Origin: the human T2T-CHM13v2.0 reference genome, Homo sapiens
Assembly (NCBI RefSeq): GCF_009914755.1
Contig: NC_060947.1
Reading direction: 5' to 3' (one strand)
DNA length: 64,000 nucleotides
Shown here one piece after another: positions 45,631 through 64,000 of this stretch. Positions within the stretch are counted from its first letter, which is position 1, and each line of letters begins with the position of its first letter. The translations under genes were made by a program, and so were the position numbers. The notes under the pieces are model-generated. The model worked only from the letters and a program-made list of their open reading frames with translations, made no database searches and was not told where the DNA came from.

Positions 45631-46714
45631 AGAAGGTGGTGGGGTGCTTCCGAGAGCACTTTGTTCCCAGATGTCTCAGCAGACTTTCCTGATCAGTTAC
45701 TAAATGTGTGATCCTCTAAAGACCCTAAGACATTGTAGCCATATGAGAACACACAGATGGGGGTTACTTGGAGAAGCCGACTGGCCACCCAGAGGACCAG
45801 AAGGCAACAGCTTTTTTAATGTCGTCACCATGCCCCAGAGCCCAGTACTCAATTTGTCGGTACGGTGCTGCATCTGCGGCTCCATTTTTCTGCATTTCCA
45901 AGCTGACAATTTCAAGCCGGTATGCTTTCTTTAGATAAATAATATTGTGTTCTAAGCAACAGTCAAGCCCTGCTCTTCTTGCTTTTTGTACATCTACAGT
46001 TTTATAGGGTCAACAAAAATCTATTAGGTATGTCCTATGCCAGGCACTGTGCCAGGCACTTTGGGCCCGAGAGAGACTCTATCCAGGGACATTTGCAAAT
46101 ATTTATGTTTAAGTCTGTCTTCCAGCTACCTGGAAGCTTCAGACAAGATGATGAGTCTTCTTGGCTGCTTCGTGCTCCCCAGCTCAGCTTTCGGTCTCAT
46201 TCCTTATGTATTGATTTTATTAGTCTTCTTTCTGGGTTCTAGGAGTGCCTCAATATGGCTCCTATATATACCTTACAAGAATAATTTTGCACACAACAAT
46301 GCAGAGAACATTACCGAGTAATAACACCACAGAAAACAGCTATTGTGTATGCCTTATGTGCAGTGCTATATTAAGTGCCTTGGATGTATTATCTCATTTG
46401 ATCCTTAAAACAATCATATACAGCAGATACTATTAATGTCTCCATTATACAGATGAGGAAAAAGGAGCATAGAGAGGTCAAGTAACTGTCCCAGAGTTAT
46501 GCAGCCAGTAATTGACCAAGCCAAGATTCTAATCTAGGTCTGCCAAACTAGAGAAGGCATGTGCTTAACCACGATGTCAGATATTGCCTCATTACAATAT
46601 TCATATAATGCCCAGGTCAGCATGAATTACCAAAAAGAGATAAAAGTGTTTCCAGTGCCTTTTATTTAAGAAGAGAGAAAATTAAGACATACATTTTAGA
46701 AATATTTCTATCTT

Positions 46715-46816
46715 GTGCTCACTTCAGCAGCCCATATACTAAAATTGGAACGATACAGAGAATATTCATATGGCCCCTGTACGAGAATAACACAAAAATT
46801 TGTGAAGTGTCCCATA
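46715..46816 (+). pseudogene. U6 snRNA retropseudogene
   Basis: GTGCTCACTTCAGCAGCCCATATACTAAAATTGGAACGATACAGAGAA... is a full-length U6 with substitutions; A-rich tail; TSD AAATATTTCTATC (46700-46712 and 46855-46867). Confidence 0.95.
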
Positions 46817-47020
46817 AAAAAATAAAAGTAATAAACATAATTTTTTTAAACAATAAATATTTCTATCCAAAGTGGAAGAATATTTTAAGCATTGGTGCTT
46901 AAAGGAGTAAGCATTAGTTATCAGAAAAATCCTGAACAATGCCTAACCTGGAAGGTGTTTCTGTATCATCCAGTATTCTTAGAACTGCAAAGAAGCTAAG
47001 TAAACCTTCTGGCAGCTTTA

Positions 47021-47488
<468 letters not shown>

Positions 47489-47823
47489 CTACAAGGGATA
47501 TAAAGTGGTCACCCATCACACCTACCTCAAAAGTCACACACACAGACCCACACATAAATAGAGAGAGAGAAAGAAACAGAGATTGAGAGAGAGAGTGCAA
47601 ATTAGGCAATAGGGGAAAATGGAATAAAATATTCTGAAACAGATATAACCTGGTCCTAGGGCTAACTTTAGGAAAAATGGTGAAGGAAGCAAAGTTTATC
47701 TGGGGCAAAGCTACCAGCATTGCTAATAATAATATCTACCATGCAGAGAATACTTACTACATTCCGGGCACTCTTCTGGGGCCTTTACATATATGAATTC
47801 CTTGAAATGTCACATGATTCTAT

Positions 47824-50880
<3,057 letters not shown>

Positions 50881-51131
50881 GTTCACACGAGTCCTATGAA
50901 TTCGGTGCCACTATTATTCCCATTTTGTAGGTAGGAAGACTGAGGCCTAGAGTCATAGTTAAGTAACATGCCCAAGGTCACAAAGCTGCTAGTAAGAGAG
51001 AACTGAGATTTGAACCCAAAAAGTTTAGCACCACAGTCCATGCTTAAACCACAACTATTTGTCCACGGATAATATGACTAATACTAGTCTATTAATATAG
51101 AGTACTTCTTCTGTCCCAGGCCCTATGCTAA

Positions 51132-51501
<370 letters not shown>

Positions 51502-52136
51502 TTATTTGATTCTTAAAGCAATCCCATGAGTTGGCTATTAGCATGTCCGTTTTACAGATAAAAATACTGAAGCACAGAGAAGTTAAGCAACTTGATGCTC
51601 GTGTGGAAGTATCACCTCCCTTTCAGTAACACTTCCTATACACACTGTAGGGATCCATATAATATAAAATAATGCCACAAAATTTACTATACAATTTCTA
51701 CCTCAAAGCCAAGTTCTCTCAGCTTTTCAAGGCCTCTGTTCTAAAGTGTTAATGGGAAGGAGTAACAATGGCCTTTCCTCTTTTCTCAACTTGGGAGGAT
51801 TACAGTGACCCTCTCCAACAGTCAGTGGCCCACTTTTGGTTCCCCTTAGTAGGAGAACACACCCACACAAGCTCTGTCACTGGAAGCCTGTTTACAGGGC
51901 TTGGATGCTGTATATAAAAGGCATTATTGTGTGAGTTTTTATTTTGTTTTGTTTTGCTTGGAACTGGTTTCTGGAAAAGACAGACTAGCAATCCATTACT
52001 GGGGACCACCAGTCTGCTACCTCTGTTTAACTCAGTGGCCAATGACAGTGAAAATAAACAAGTACTCTTACTACCAATCTTGATTAGCAGAGCAAAAAAA
52101 CGATGACAACAGGGAAGGCACCCGGGGTAGGCTTAC

Positions 52137-52220
52137 TTCCACTTGGAGGGTTGCACATCCTTTCAGGAAGTCATTGATGTTGTTGATGCAGTCAGCTTCA
52201 GTTTGGGGATCCAGACAAAA
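52137..52220 (-). CDS. ARHGEF6: ARHGEF6 coding exon 2 (CH domain)
   Basis: 84 nt, FCLDPQTEADCINNINDFLKGCATLQVE; acceptor ctag|, donor GAA|GTAAG; in frame with exon 1. Confidence 0.96.
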
Positions 52221-53440
52221 CTAGAGGAACACAGTGAAATGTCACTTGGAGATTGTCATCCCATGCCAAGCAAAGTATACTCATCATTTGCTGATAACTA
52301 GAGAAAGCAGGCCTCTTAAGGTGTGGGGCAACACTGCTGTCAATCCAGGAAGAGAAATAACCACTGAAGGAAGTGATGCAAAAATCTAAACGGTCGATCT
52401 TTGTTTCAAATGTCACCAAACCTTTAGTGGCAAGCCATGTCTACTTACAAGCTTTCTCTCATGCCTTCTGTTCCAGTGTGCTGATGGCAAATTAGGGAGA
52501 CCAAGACAGTTTTTTGAGCTTAGTTCTTGCTTTCAAGAAAGGAAGCAATCCCTGGTACCTCTCTCTCCTCCTTCCCCCTGATAATTTAATAAAATTCTAT
52601 TTCCCCTCTACATTTGACCACACTTCTTTACATTTTATCACTATTTAATCACTCTTTCTCAAGTTTAAGAAATTATAAGTAAATTTATTTGCTCAATAAA
52701 AATACAAACTGGCTCATGAAGGCAAAAGTGCTATGCTCACAGTCCATGATGACCTTAAGAAAGTAAATGTAAAATTGTACCTTTAAGCTTACTTAAAGTG
52801 CCTACTTTAGAAATTATCTATTCTCGTGATCGTGGATTTCCAGCTATTAAAAATCTTGAATTGTTTTAAAGAGAGTAAAGTTAGTTTCACTTTGAACGCA
52901 CATTGCATTCGAAACATATATCTGGTTTCTATTGCTTTTACAAACTTTATGTGACATTTTGAATTATTTTTTTCCTAGTTGCTATATAGTCTCTCCTTCA
53001 ATGGATTTTTCTAAAAGGAAATCTACACTGATTTTAATCAAACTGCCAATAAACACCACCAAGATCTGTTATAAATCATTCTATTTTTCCACAGACTCAT
53101 AAGTACCCCAAGTTCAAAACATGTCCTCGGTACACAAGGAGATGTAACATGCATCTCCATGATAGAGCAAGCTTGTGATATGAGTGTTCTCCTTGTCCCT
53201 TGTTGCCAGTGGTGTCACAGGTTTTCCCTATACTACAATTTGGGGGCCAATTACTAAAGAATAACGTTTCATTTTCTTACATTTTCAAACTACAAAAACA
53301 GTAAGAAAGAATGTCTAACTCTTAGAAAAATATTAAAGTAGGAGATTCCCATGGCCTGGGAAATAGAAAAATCTCAAGAGTTACATGATTGCTGCTCTCT
53401 GGTGATAAGCAATCCCAAAGAGACTGCAAATTTCCCTTAC

Positions 53441-53605
53441 CTTTTCCACAGAGCCAGGCATGAGTCTGTTGATCAGTTTGCACAGAACTACCCCATTTTT
53501 CAGCGAGGACTTTAAAAACTCCTCCGGATCACAGATGGTCTTTTTAGGGGACTCTAAAACTCCCAAAGATATAAGCCATGTCACGATTTGTTCTTCTGGA
53601 TTCAT
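53441..53605 (-). CDS. ARHGEF6: ARHGEF6 coding exon 1 (start codon, N-terminal CH domain)
   Basis: ATG at 53605-53603; 55 codons [55 protein letters not shown], recognised as the alpha-PIX N-terminus; donor AAG|GTAAG, phase 0. Confidence 0.97.
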
Positions 53606-54100
53606 TACTGAGGACGGTACACTCCAAACAGCACTCTGGGGCAGCTGCAAGGACTAAGCCACATCCGCGATTGCATCTGCTGTTGTCTTCCTTTTTATGA
53701 GTTCTCTTCGGGTGCTTGCAGAGCAAAGGTTTAAAGCAACTTTTCTTAAACAACAGCGGAACCCACTCAAAATATGGGATTTTAAAACCACAGAGATCAC
53801 GGTCCAAGATGTGGAAACAGATAAGAATTAATTTAACAATCCTGGATAACGCTGGTTTTTCCTTTTCAAAACCTGCAAAACAAATTCGTTAGGATAAAAA
53901 AAAAGAAGAAACGCACATGCACACACGCATACACACACACGCACACAGAGTGCAAGAAGTTATAAGGGAAGAAAGTGAAAAGGATGCTGGGGAGGGAGGA
54001 GAGACAAGCAAGCAAGTGCTTTGGGAAACAGAGGTGAGCCAGCACTTCAGGGGACCTTGGAAATGAGACACTCATGGGCCAGTCTGGGAAAACACTGTCA
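53606..54100 (-). promoter_or_regulatory. 5'UTR and CpG-poor promoter region of the full-length isoform
   Basis: Non-repetitive sequence immediately 5' of the start codon; the TSS cannot be fixed from sequence alone. Confidence 0.55.
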
Positions 54101-57049
54101 ATAAATAGTCTAGCCCCAGTGAAAATCTGGCTTCTGTTAGGAGGACGATGCCAACTGGCTCTTAGGTCAGACAGATCTGAGCCTCATGGGGAGATGTGCT
54201 GGCACAACAGGGCTCAAAGAAGGTAGACAGAAAATTCTTCCAAGAAATAGCCGGATGTCCTCATAGTATCTCCCAGAGATGGTGTGTCACGATCATTCCT
54301 TGCAAAACACGTTGAGTTGCATGGTGACAACGTGCCAAGCAAACGAAGATTATGCCTGCTGTCAGCCATCACTGTGTATAAGCAGAAGCTAGAAGAATGG
54401 CATTTTACTTTGCAGCCAAAAAGCTATGTTTAGGGAAATAGGCTAAGGATAACATCTGACATCCTGTTTACTTGCATTCTTTAGCAATTCTTTTTCTGGA
54501 CCTGGTTCCACTACATAATCCAGCTGCAGTACCCTTAGCAAAGGCTCAGACTCAGTCACATAAGTGGGTAAAATACACTTGAAAAAATAGAATGTTTGAG
54601 AACAAAAGAGCACTTGTCCTCTGTCTACACTACAATATGGAAGATTCTTATTTTCCCAACAACAACAACAACAAAAAAACACTTTGCACTTAAAATACTG
54701 CTCTGAAAAAAAAACTGTCTATAACAAGAGATCTTCATCATTCTCAAACATTTTCAGAACCACTTGAAATAGGCATACTATTGGGAAATTTATGATAAGG
54801 CCAACTTTAATAGTATAACCCTATGTTGGCAAATGTGTGGCACTTACCATGATTACCTCTCCTCGTGCATGGGAGACATCAGATCATGTATAGCTCTTTC
54901 CTACTAAGCCTCAGAATTCTTTTCAACACAGCTTCAGGCATCTACTACCAAAGAATCAGCTTAGATAACCCTACTAAACATTTTCAAAGCTGCCCTTTCT
55001 TGCTCTGTCAGGACACTTGTCACACTTTACTATTATCACTTGTTGATCTGATGATCTGACTCCTCCACAAGAATGTAAACTTCCTAAACTCGGGGTCTTG
55101 TTTTTTTTTATTTAACACTGTGTTACCAGCAGACTGCCAGGTATACACAGTAGATGTTAAAAAATGCTGAATGAATAAATGAATGTATTCAGATGGTGTC
55201 CCTGATATAGACAGTAACTGATTATAGCAAGGATTTTTTGTTTGTTGGTTGGTTTAAATGGCTTAAAACAAACATTTTTTCTTGTTAATGATTTTTACCA
55301 TTTTATTAAGCTGTAATTGACACATAAGGAACTGCATATATATGATTTAATGAATTTTGACATATACATACATCTTTGATACAATCACACAAATGCAATC
55401 CAGATAAGCCTTTCCATCACCCCCAAAATTGTCCTCGTGCCCTTTCAATTCTTTCTTTCCTCTTTGCCTCCAAATGCCAGGCAACCACCAATCTATTTTC
55501 AGTGTCTATAGATTAGTTTGCATTTTCAAGAATCTTATATAAATGGAAGTACACAGTATGGTACTATCTTTTTTCTGGCTTCTTAACTCAACATCATCAT
55601 TTTCATACTCATTCATGTTATTGTGTCTGTCCATAGTTCTATAACAAGGTTTGCTTGATGTACTTGTGACTTAAGCAAAATAAGTATAATCAATCAAAAG
55701 TTTTCATTGACGTTGACCCATGGCCAAATCTATGTAATGGAAATAAAAACAGAATACATTTGTTGATAAATAAAATTCCCAAATCTGACGAACTTAAACA
55801 CATTTTTATATGTCATCTGAACAGTTTTCACAACTGCTCATCAAAATTTTACTCTACAGACAAACAAAATCTGGCAGTATTATTGAGGTATCACTTACAT
55901 CTTCTGATGAAGAACAAAGCCTGAGTAAGTTTTGTGAACCCAGCCTCCTCCAAAACAGTCTTGAGTTCACCAAGGTCATCTGGATAAAACTCTGCCTCAT
56001 TTTGGACACTCACTATAGCAAATATTACTATGAGTAATAAAGTATATCAGAATGGCAAGGCCACTGCCTCAAGGCAAAAGAACCAGTTCTATTTGTATAA
56101 AGATTGGAAGTTACAGTTGGTGTGGTAAAATGTCAACAAAGCAAGGAATTCCAGGGCAGTGGCAAGCATATAGGTGAAATGGGTACCCATGAAACCCAGG
56201 CTGGTTAGGGACTCAAATGAAGCTAGAAAGGAGCTGATGAACTGAGGGAATAGGGGAAGAGGGGGAATTCAAAGACTGGGGGTCACAGCAACACAAAGAG
56301 CAGGCTTCACACAAGAGCATGAGAAAAAAAAGCAAAGATCTCTCACCCTACCTCAGATCCTCAGTACCACACCCTCTGGGCCACTGAACCTGCCTCTTCA
56401 AGGGCTTTCCACCTCCATCCTCTCATCCTAATGAACTCTCTAACAGGGCACATTTGGGTTGATTTTCCAAAAACACCTCTAGTGTTAATACCCCTGTTCA
56501 AAAACCCTCAAAGGCTCTCTATTGCCTAAAGCAGGAATTGACAAAAAACAATGTTCATATGATCATCTCCTGTGAGGCATAAAGGAGAAAGGAAGGTGAG
56601 AGTGGAACTTAAGCTAAAATAGGTAACATTTCATGAAAAATCAAAAGATCTTCAGGAAATAAGGCAAATGTGAACATTTGTTAAGACTGAATGCTGGGTA
56701 CACTGGTACCTGTTTTACTATTTAGTTTTGTGTGTTTAAAATGTTACTAACCGATTCTCTTTCATTTCAAATCTACTAAGGCACTTACTAAAAAAGAATA
56801 TTTGGGAGCTCTCTTCCCAGATACTCCAGTTCAGAAGATCTGCAGTGGGAAAAAGGAATTTGTGTTATCAAAGTATCCCACTTGATTCTGATGCAGATAG
56901 ACCAAGGTCACACTTAGAGAAATGAGTTTATTGGTCTCTAACCTTCTACACCACTCTAATTTCTGCCAACACTTGGGTCATTTCAATATCCACAAGAACA
57001 ACAATCCAACATCAAGACCTCTCAGTTCCTTGAACTTCTCAACCTGTAA

Positions 57050-58027
<978 letters not shown>

Positions 58028-58126
58028 CCTTGTTATCTTAAATGTATACTTCCTCTCCACTTTAGCTAACCTCTTGGAAGGTTACACCTTGTACTTTTTT
58101 ATCACACAAATTTCTCTGTCTCCTAA

Positions 58127-58450
<324 letters not shown>

Positions 58451-59059
58451 CAACATTATATTTTCTAAACAACCTACCATCTTTCCAGCTTGCTTGTTAC
58501 TCCCACTACAATTCCTTGACCTCATAGGTATCTCCAAATCTTTTTTTTTCTAAAATGATTATACAAATTTACATTCCCACAAGCAGGGTATGATTTTCCA
58601 TTGCTCCATGTCATAGGTAAGACTTGATATTTCAGACTTAAAATTTTGTTATTTCATGGGTATGAAATTTATATTTCTATGATTACTAATGAGGTTGAGC
58701 ATTTATGTTTCCTCTTCTGTGAGATACTCCTTCCTACTGCCCATTTTTCTATTGGGTTGTTTGTCTTTTTGTTATTGGTTTGTGAAAGTTTGTTATATAT
58801 TATAGATACGAAATTTATGTCATTTATGTGTGTTTGCAAATATCTTCTTATATCTTTGTTTTTCATTTTATGTGTATTTTAAAGAACAGAGGGTCTTGAT
58901 TTTTAAAAATAAAATACTTTATCTCACTGTTGCGTAAAATAAATGTAGAATTTGGGTTTCCAAGCCTAATATGCAGCTTCGTAATCATCAGAGACCCAGG
59001 ATTCTACTCTCCTGCCATAATTAGCTTGTCACCTCATAGTTCAGAATGACTATTTATGT

Positions 59060-60950
<1,891 letters not shown>

Positions 60951-61004
60951 AAATGAAAGATCCCCAGGGGTCTCACAATGCCAGAGGTACAGTGTGTGTG
61001 TAAA

Positions 61005-61930
61005 AATATTGCCTCTGACAAACAGTACAAAGGCATAGAGGATTATATAGTCTGTTTTCCCAAGGAGAAGTGAATACTCTTCTTCTGGAGGGGCAGCTTG
61101 GGTTCTGGAGGTATTTTGCTGACAATCTGGCCTCTGGTGGTACATCAGGAGTCATTTTCAGCTTTTTCTACTCCTTAAGTTTTGCAAGAACCCACTGGGC
61201 AACGAATATTGGGAAACCTGTCAAGGGAAAAAAATTCAAAGGCATAGAAGACTGTGTGTAAAATCACTAAATTGGATGGCCAGTGTGTTCTCTTCCCTAC
61301 TCCATACTGCGATGGGGTAGGTGATGATGCAGTCTGGTCACAAAGAACTGACATCACATATAACAGAAACTTCATATATTGTGGGGTGAAGATTTTAAAG
61401 ATGAATGTGGAAAAGCCTTTAACAAAGATGCATAGTCCAATGTTCTCAGGGGCATTGGTGGAATGCTCATTCTGTATGACAAACTGAAGAAACCATCTAA
61501 GCGCAATCTAACTAGAAATGAGAACCAAGAGAATCATGAGAATATGTACCATACTTATTATTTTCAACCACTGAGAAATTTCCATTGTCTTTTTATCCAG
61601 GCCAGATCATGTCTGTAGACATGTCTGTAGAAAGATACTGAGAAGGAGACCCGCTGTGACCACATTTGATCATTGGAACTGATTATTCTGTATATTGATC
61701 ATGGTCGGAAGTAGCAACCATCATTATAGGTCTACAGAGGACAGATCTCAAGCTAAGCAGATCTAGAAACCACTTAGTTTAAATGTTTCTTATAGTACCA
61801 TCAAGTTTTGTTTCAGTATTTTTTTAAAGCAGTCCCATTTGTACTAAACCACCACATACTATTTTTGCACAGTTGAATACTTGCAATATTGCTCTATGTT
61901 GGGCATTCTGCCATAAAATAATAAATACGC
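61005..61930 (+). pseudogene. Processed pseudogene of ADP/ATP translocase (SLC25A6/ANT3-type)
   Basis: Intronless degenerate peptides DKQYKGI, FWRG, FWRYFADNLASGG, FART, MMQSG; 3'UTR resembles recalled SLC25A6 (TTTTGCACAG...CTATGTTGGGC...AATAAA); stops, frameshifts and deletions. Confidence 0.85.
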
Positions 61931-62162
61931 AAAATACTCTTTTTTTTAAATCAAATATCAATGGAGCATTGACTTAAATTATAATGCACCTATCAAATCA
62001 AATACTTAAGCAGCTTCTAGAAAGAATGATATAAATCATGTACTGACATGGAAAGATATCCAAAATATGCTAAGTTTAAAAAGCAAATTGCAAAATAGCA
62101 CATATGGTCTGATCCCCTTTGTAAAAATAGATGCTTAATTGTACTTATTTAAAAAAACACGA

Positions 62163-62305
62163 TGGTCAGGCACAGCGGCTCACGCCCGTAATCCCAGCTA
62201 CTGGGGAGGCTGAGGCAGGAGAATCTCTTGACCCCGGGAGGCGGAAGTTGCAGTAAGTCAAAACCAGTCCAGGCGACAGAGTGAGACCCTGTCTCAAAAA
62301 ACAAA
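62163..62305 (+). mobile_element. Alu monomer or deleted Alu
   Basis: Single-arm Alu with A tail. Confidence 0.8.
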
Positions 62306-63086
62306 AGGACTAGACACGCAGCTCTTTTTACTGAATATTCATTAAATGTTTCCTCAACTTCAGATGCAGAAGGTTAAATTGATCATACTACTCAGTTTAT
62401 CATACATATAAAAACTCTCCTCCCATTTTTTTCCTTCATTCACAAACACTATTCCCCTCACTGATGCCATTCTAATATGCATAATAAATGTCATTAAATA
62501 TCCATGTTCTCTCACACTGTATGTAATGCGCTTTTCTGTGCAGAAAAGAGGTTCAGGTTGTCCATTGCACAAGAGCCTTACAAAGCAGTGCTATTCACAA
62601 TCACAGATATCTTAATATCTGTGATTTTTTTTTTTTTTTACAATTCAAAGACTCTAAGTTTAAGAACTCAGGGATTTCAGATTGGTGATTTCAATATGAC
62701 CATACACGACCAATTCAACATCCTGTTTTCTCAGTTCTTTGAGGAAAAGCGAGTTTGGTGAGTATCAGGAGCTGTTTTTGGCATGTCATAACAATTGAAA
62801 AGGCTATTTGTCATCCAAGTACAGGTTCTCCTTAAAGCATTGAAAGAAGTTAGAAATTATTTGACAAAAACTGAACAGTACTATTTAAGAAAAATTTATT
62901 AATAATGCTAAACGAATTGTATGGTCTCTTAAAATTGACACCAACTTCTCCAGTATAGAAACACTAGAAAAAGGCAAAATACAATTCATTTCAACTGTAT
63001 ATCTGAGCCCATATATGATCTATATAACCCCACAGAGCCAATCTATGATCAATTTCAAATTCAACTTTTTAAAATATTATATAAAT

Positions 63087-63443
63087 TCCTTATAAATTCT
63101 GGATATTAGACTTTTGACAGGTGCATAGTTTGCAAATATGTTCTCCCATTCTGTAGGTTGTCTGTTTACCCTGTTGATAGTTTCTTTTGCTGTGCAGAGG
63201 TTCTTTAGTTTAATTAGATCTCACTTATGAATTTTTGTTTTTGTTGCAATTACTTTTGAAGTCTTCACCATGAAATTTTTCCCAGGGCCTATGTTGAGAA
63301 TGGTATTCTATTGGGTACTATCTTCATTACCTGGGGCAATAATCTGTATACCAAACCCCTGTGACATGCAATTTACCCATGTAACAAACCTACCCATGCA
63401 CTCCTGAACCTATTATCAAAATAAAAGTTGGAAAAAGAAAAAA
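63087..63443. mobile_element. L1 (old L1PA/L1PB-like) with a 5' inversion
   Basis: Antisense ORF2 segment (63087-63307) directly joined to a sense 3' terminus with A tail (63308-63443). Confidence 0.75.
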
Positions 63444-63478
63444 ATCATTCCTATCACGTCGGGGTCAATGGGCATTTT

Positions 63479-63707
63479 GGCCAGTCGCGGTGTCTCACGC
63501 CTGTAATCCCAGCACTTTGGGAGGCCAAGGCAGGCAGATCACCTGAGGTCAGGAGTTCGAGACCAGACTGGCCAACATGGTGAAACTCCGTCTCTATTAG
63601 AAATACAAAACTTATCTGGGCATGGTGGCCCACGCCTGTAATCCCAGCTACTCGGGAGGCTGAGGCAGAGGTTGCAGAGCAAGGCTCTGTCTCAAAAGAA
63701 AAAAAAA
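63479..63707 (+). mobile_element. Alu with right-arm deletions
   Basis: Alu consensus with A tail. Confidence 0.88.
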
Positions 63708-63732
63708 TCATTGTATAAAATATCATATTTAG

Positions 63733-64000
63733 CTCTTTTCTGGCTGAAACCATACAGGGTGTCAAAGAGAAGAAGTTTCCTGCTGTTCCAGAAACCCTTA
63801 AGAAAAAGTGGAGGAATTTCGCAGAGCCCGAGAGAGAAGTTTGCCCAAAAGATGCTTTGAAAGGCAAGGAGGAAGCTTTTGTAGGAAAAAAATGAAGCAC
63901 TATCACAAGGAATATAGACAAATGTACAGAGCTGAGAGTAAAATAGCTAGGATGGCAAGAAAAGCTGGCAACTTTCTATGTACCCACAAACCCAAATTGG
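63733..64000 (+). pseudogene. RPL7 processed pseudogene (5' part; runs off the right edge)
   Basis: 5'TOP-like CTCTTTTCTGGCTGAAACC, start mutated to ATA; degenerate [16 protein letters not shown]...KFAQKML...[12 protein letters not shown]...[10 protein letters not shown]; intronless, with stops and indels. Confidence 0.93.

Noticed and set aside
46715-46816. Functional U6 snRNA gene
   Set aside because: Many substitutions, A tail and TSD, and no evident upstream PSE/TATA; a retrocopy.
53606-53650. N-terminal extension [15 protein letters not shown] of ARHGEF6
   Set aside because: Begins at a TTG chosen by the ORF caller; the known protein starts at MNPEE.

Overview
Primate, almost certainly human, genomic DNA carrying the 5' part of ARHGEF6 (alpha-PIX/Cool-2, an X-linked Rac/Cdc42 GEF) on the minus strand. 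Six coding exons (53441-53605, 52137-52220, 20221-20305, 17936-18060, 16298-16499, 4815-4885) have canonical GT-AG sites. They join in frame into 244 codons covering the CH domain, linker, SH3 domain and start of the DH domain; the gene continues left of the window. Intron 2 holds a CpG island (~39.6-40.9 kb) that looks like an alternative, possibly bidirectional, promoter and contains an (AGC)11/(GCT)11 repeat. The rest is Alu, L1, L2/MIR, LTR and DNA-transposon relics plus U6, tRNA-Glu-like, SLC25A6-type and RPL7 pseudogenes. Most ORFs in the track are repeat-derived or spurious. I see no evidence of a new multi-gene system. The best second-look items are a 50-bp fold-back hairpin at an MLT2 LTR junction, an unidentified poly(A)+TSD retro-insertion in intron 5, a uORF overlapping the start codon (TAATG), a strong 3' splice site upstream of the first coding exon, and the CTG/CAG repeat. 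Repeat family names come from recall of consensus sequences, not a search, and repeat boundaries are approximate.
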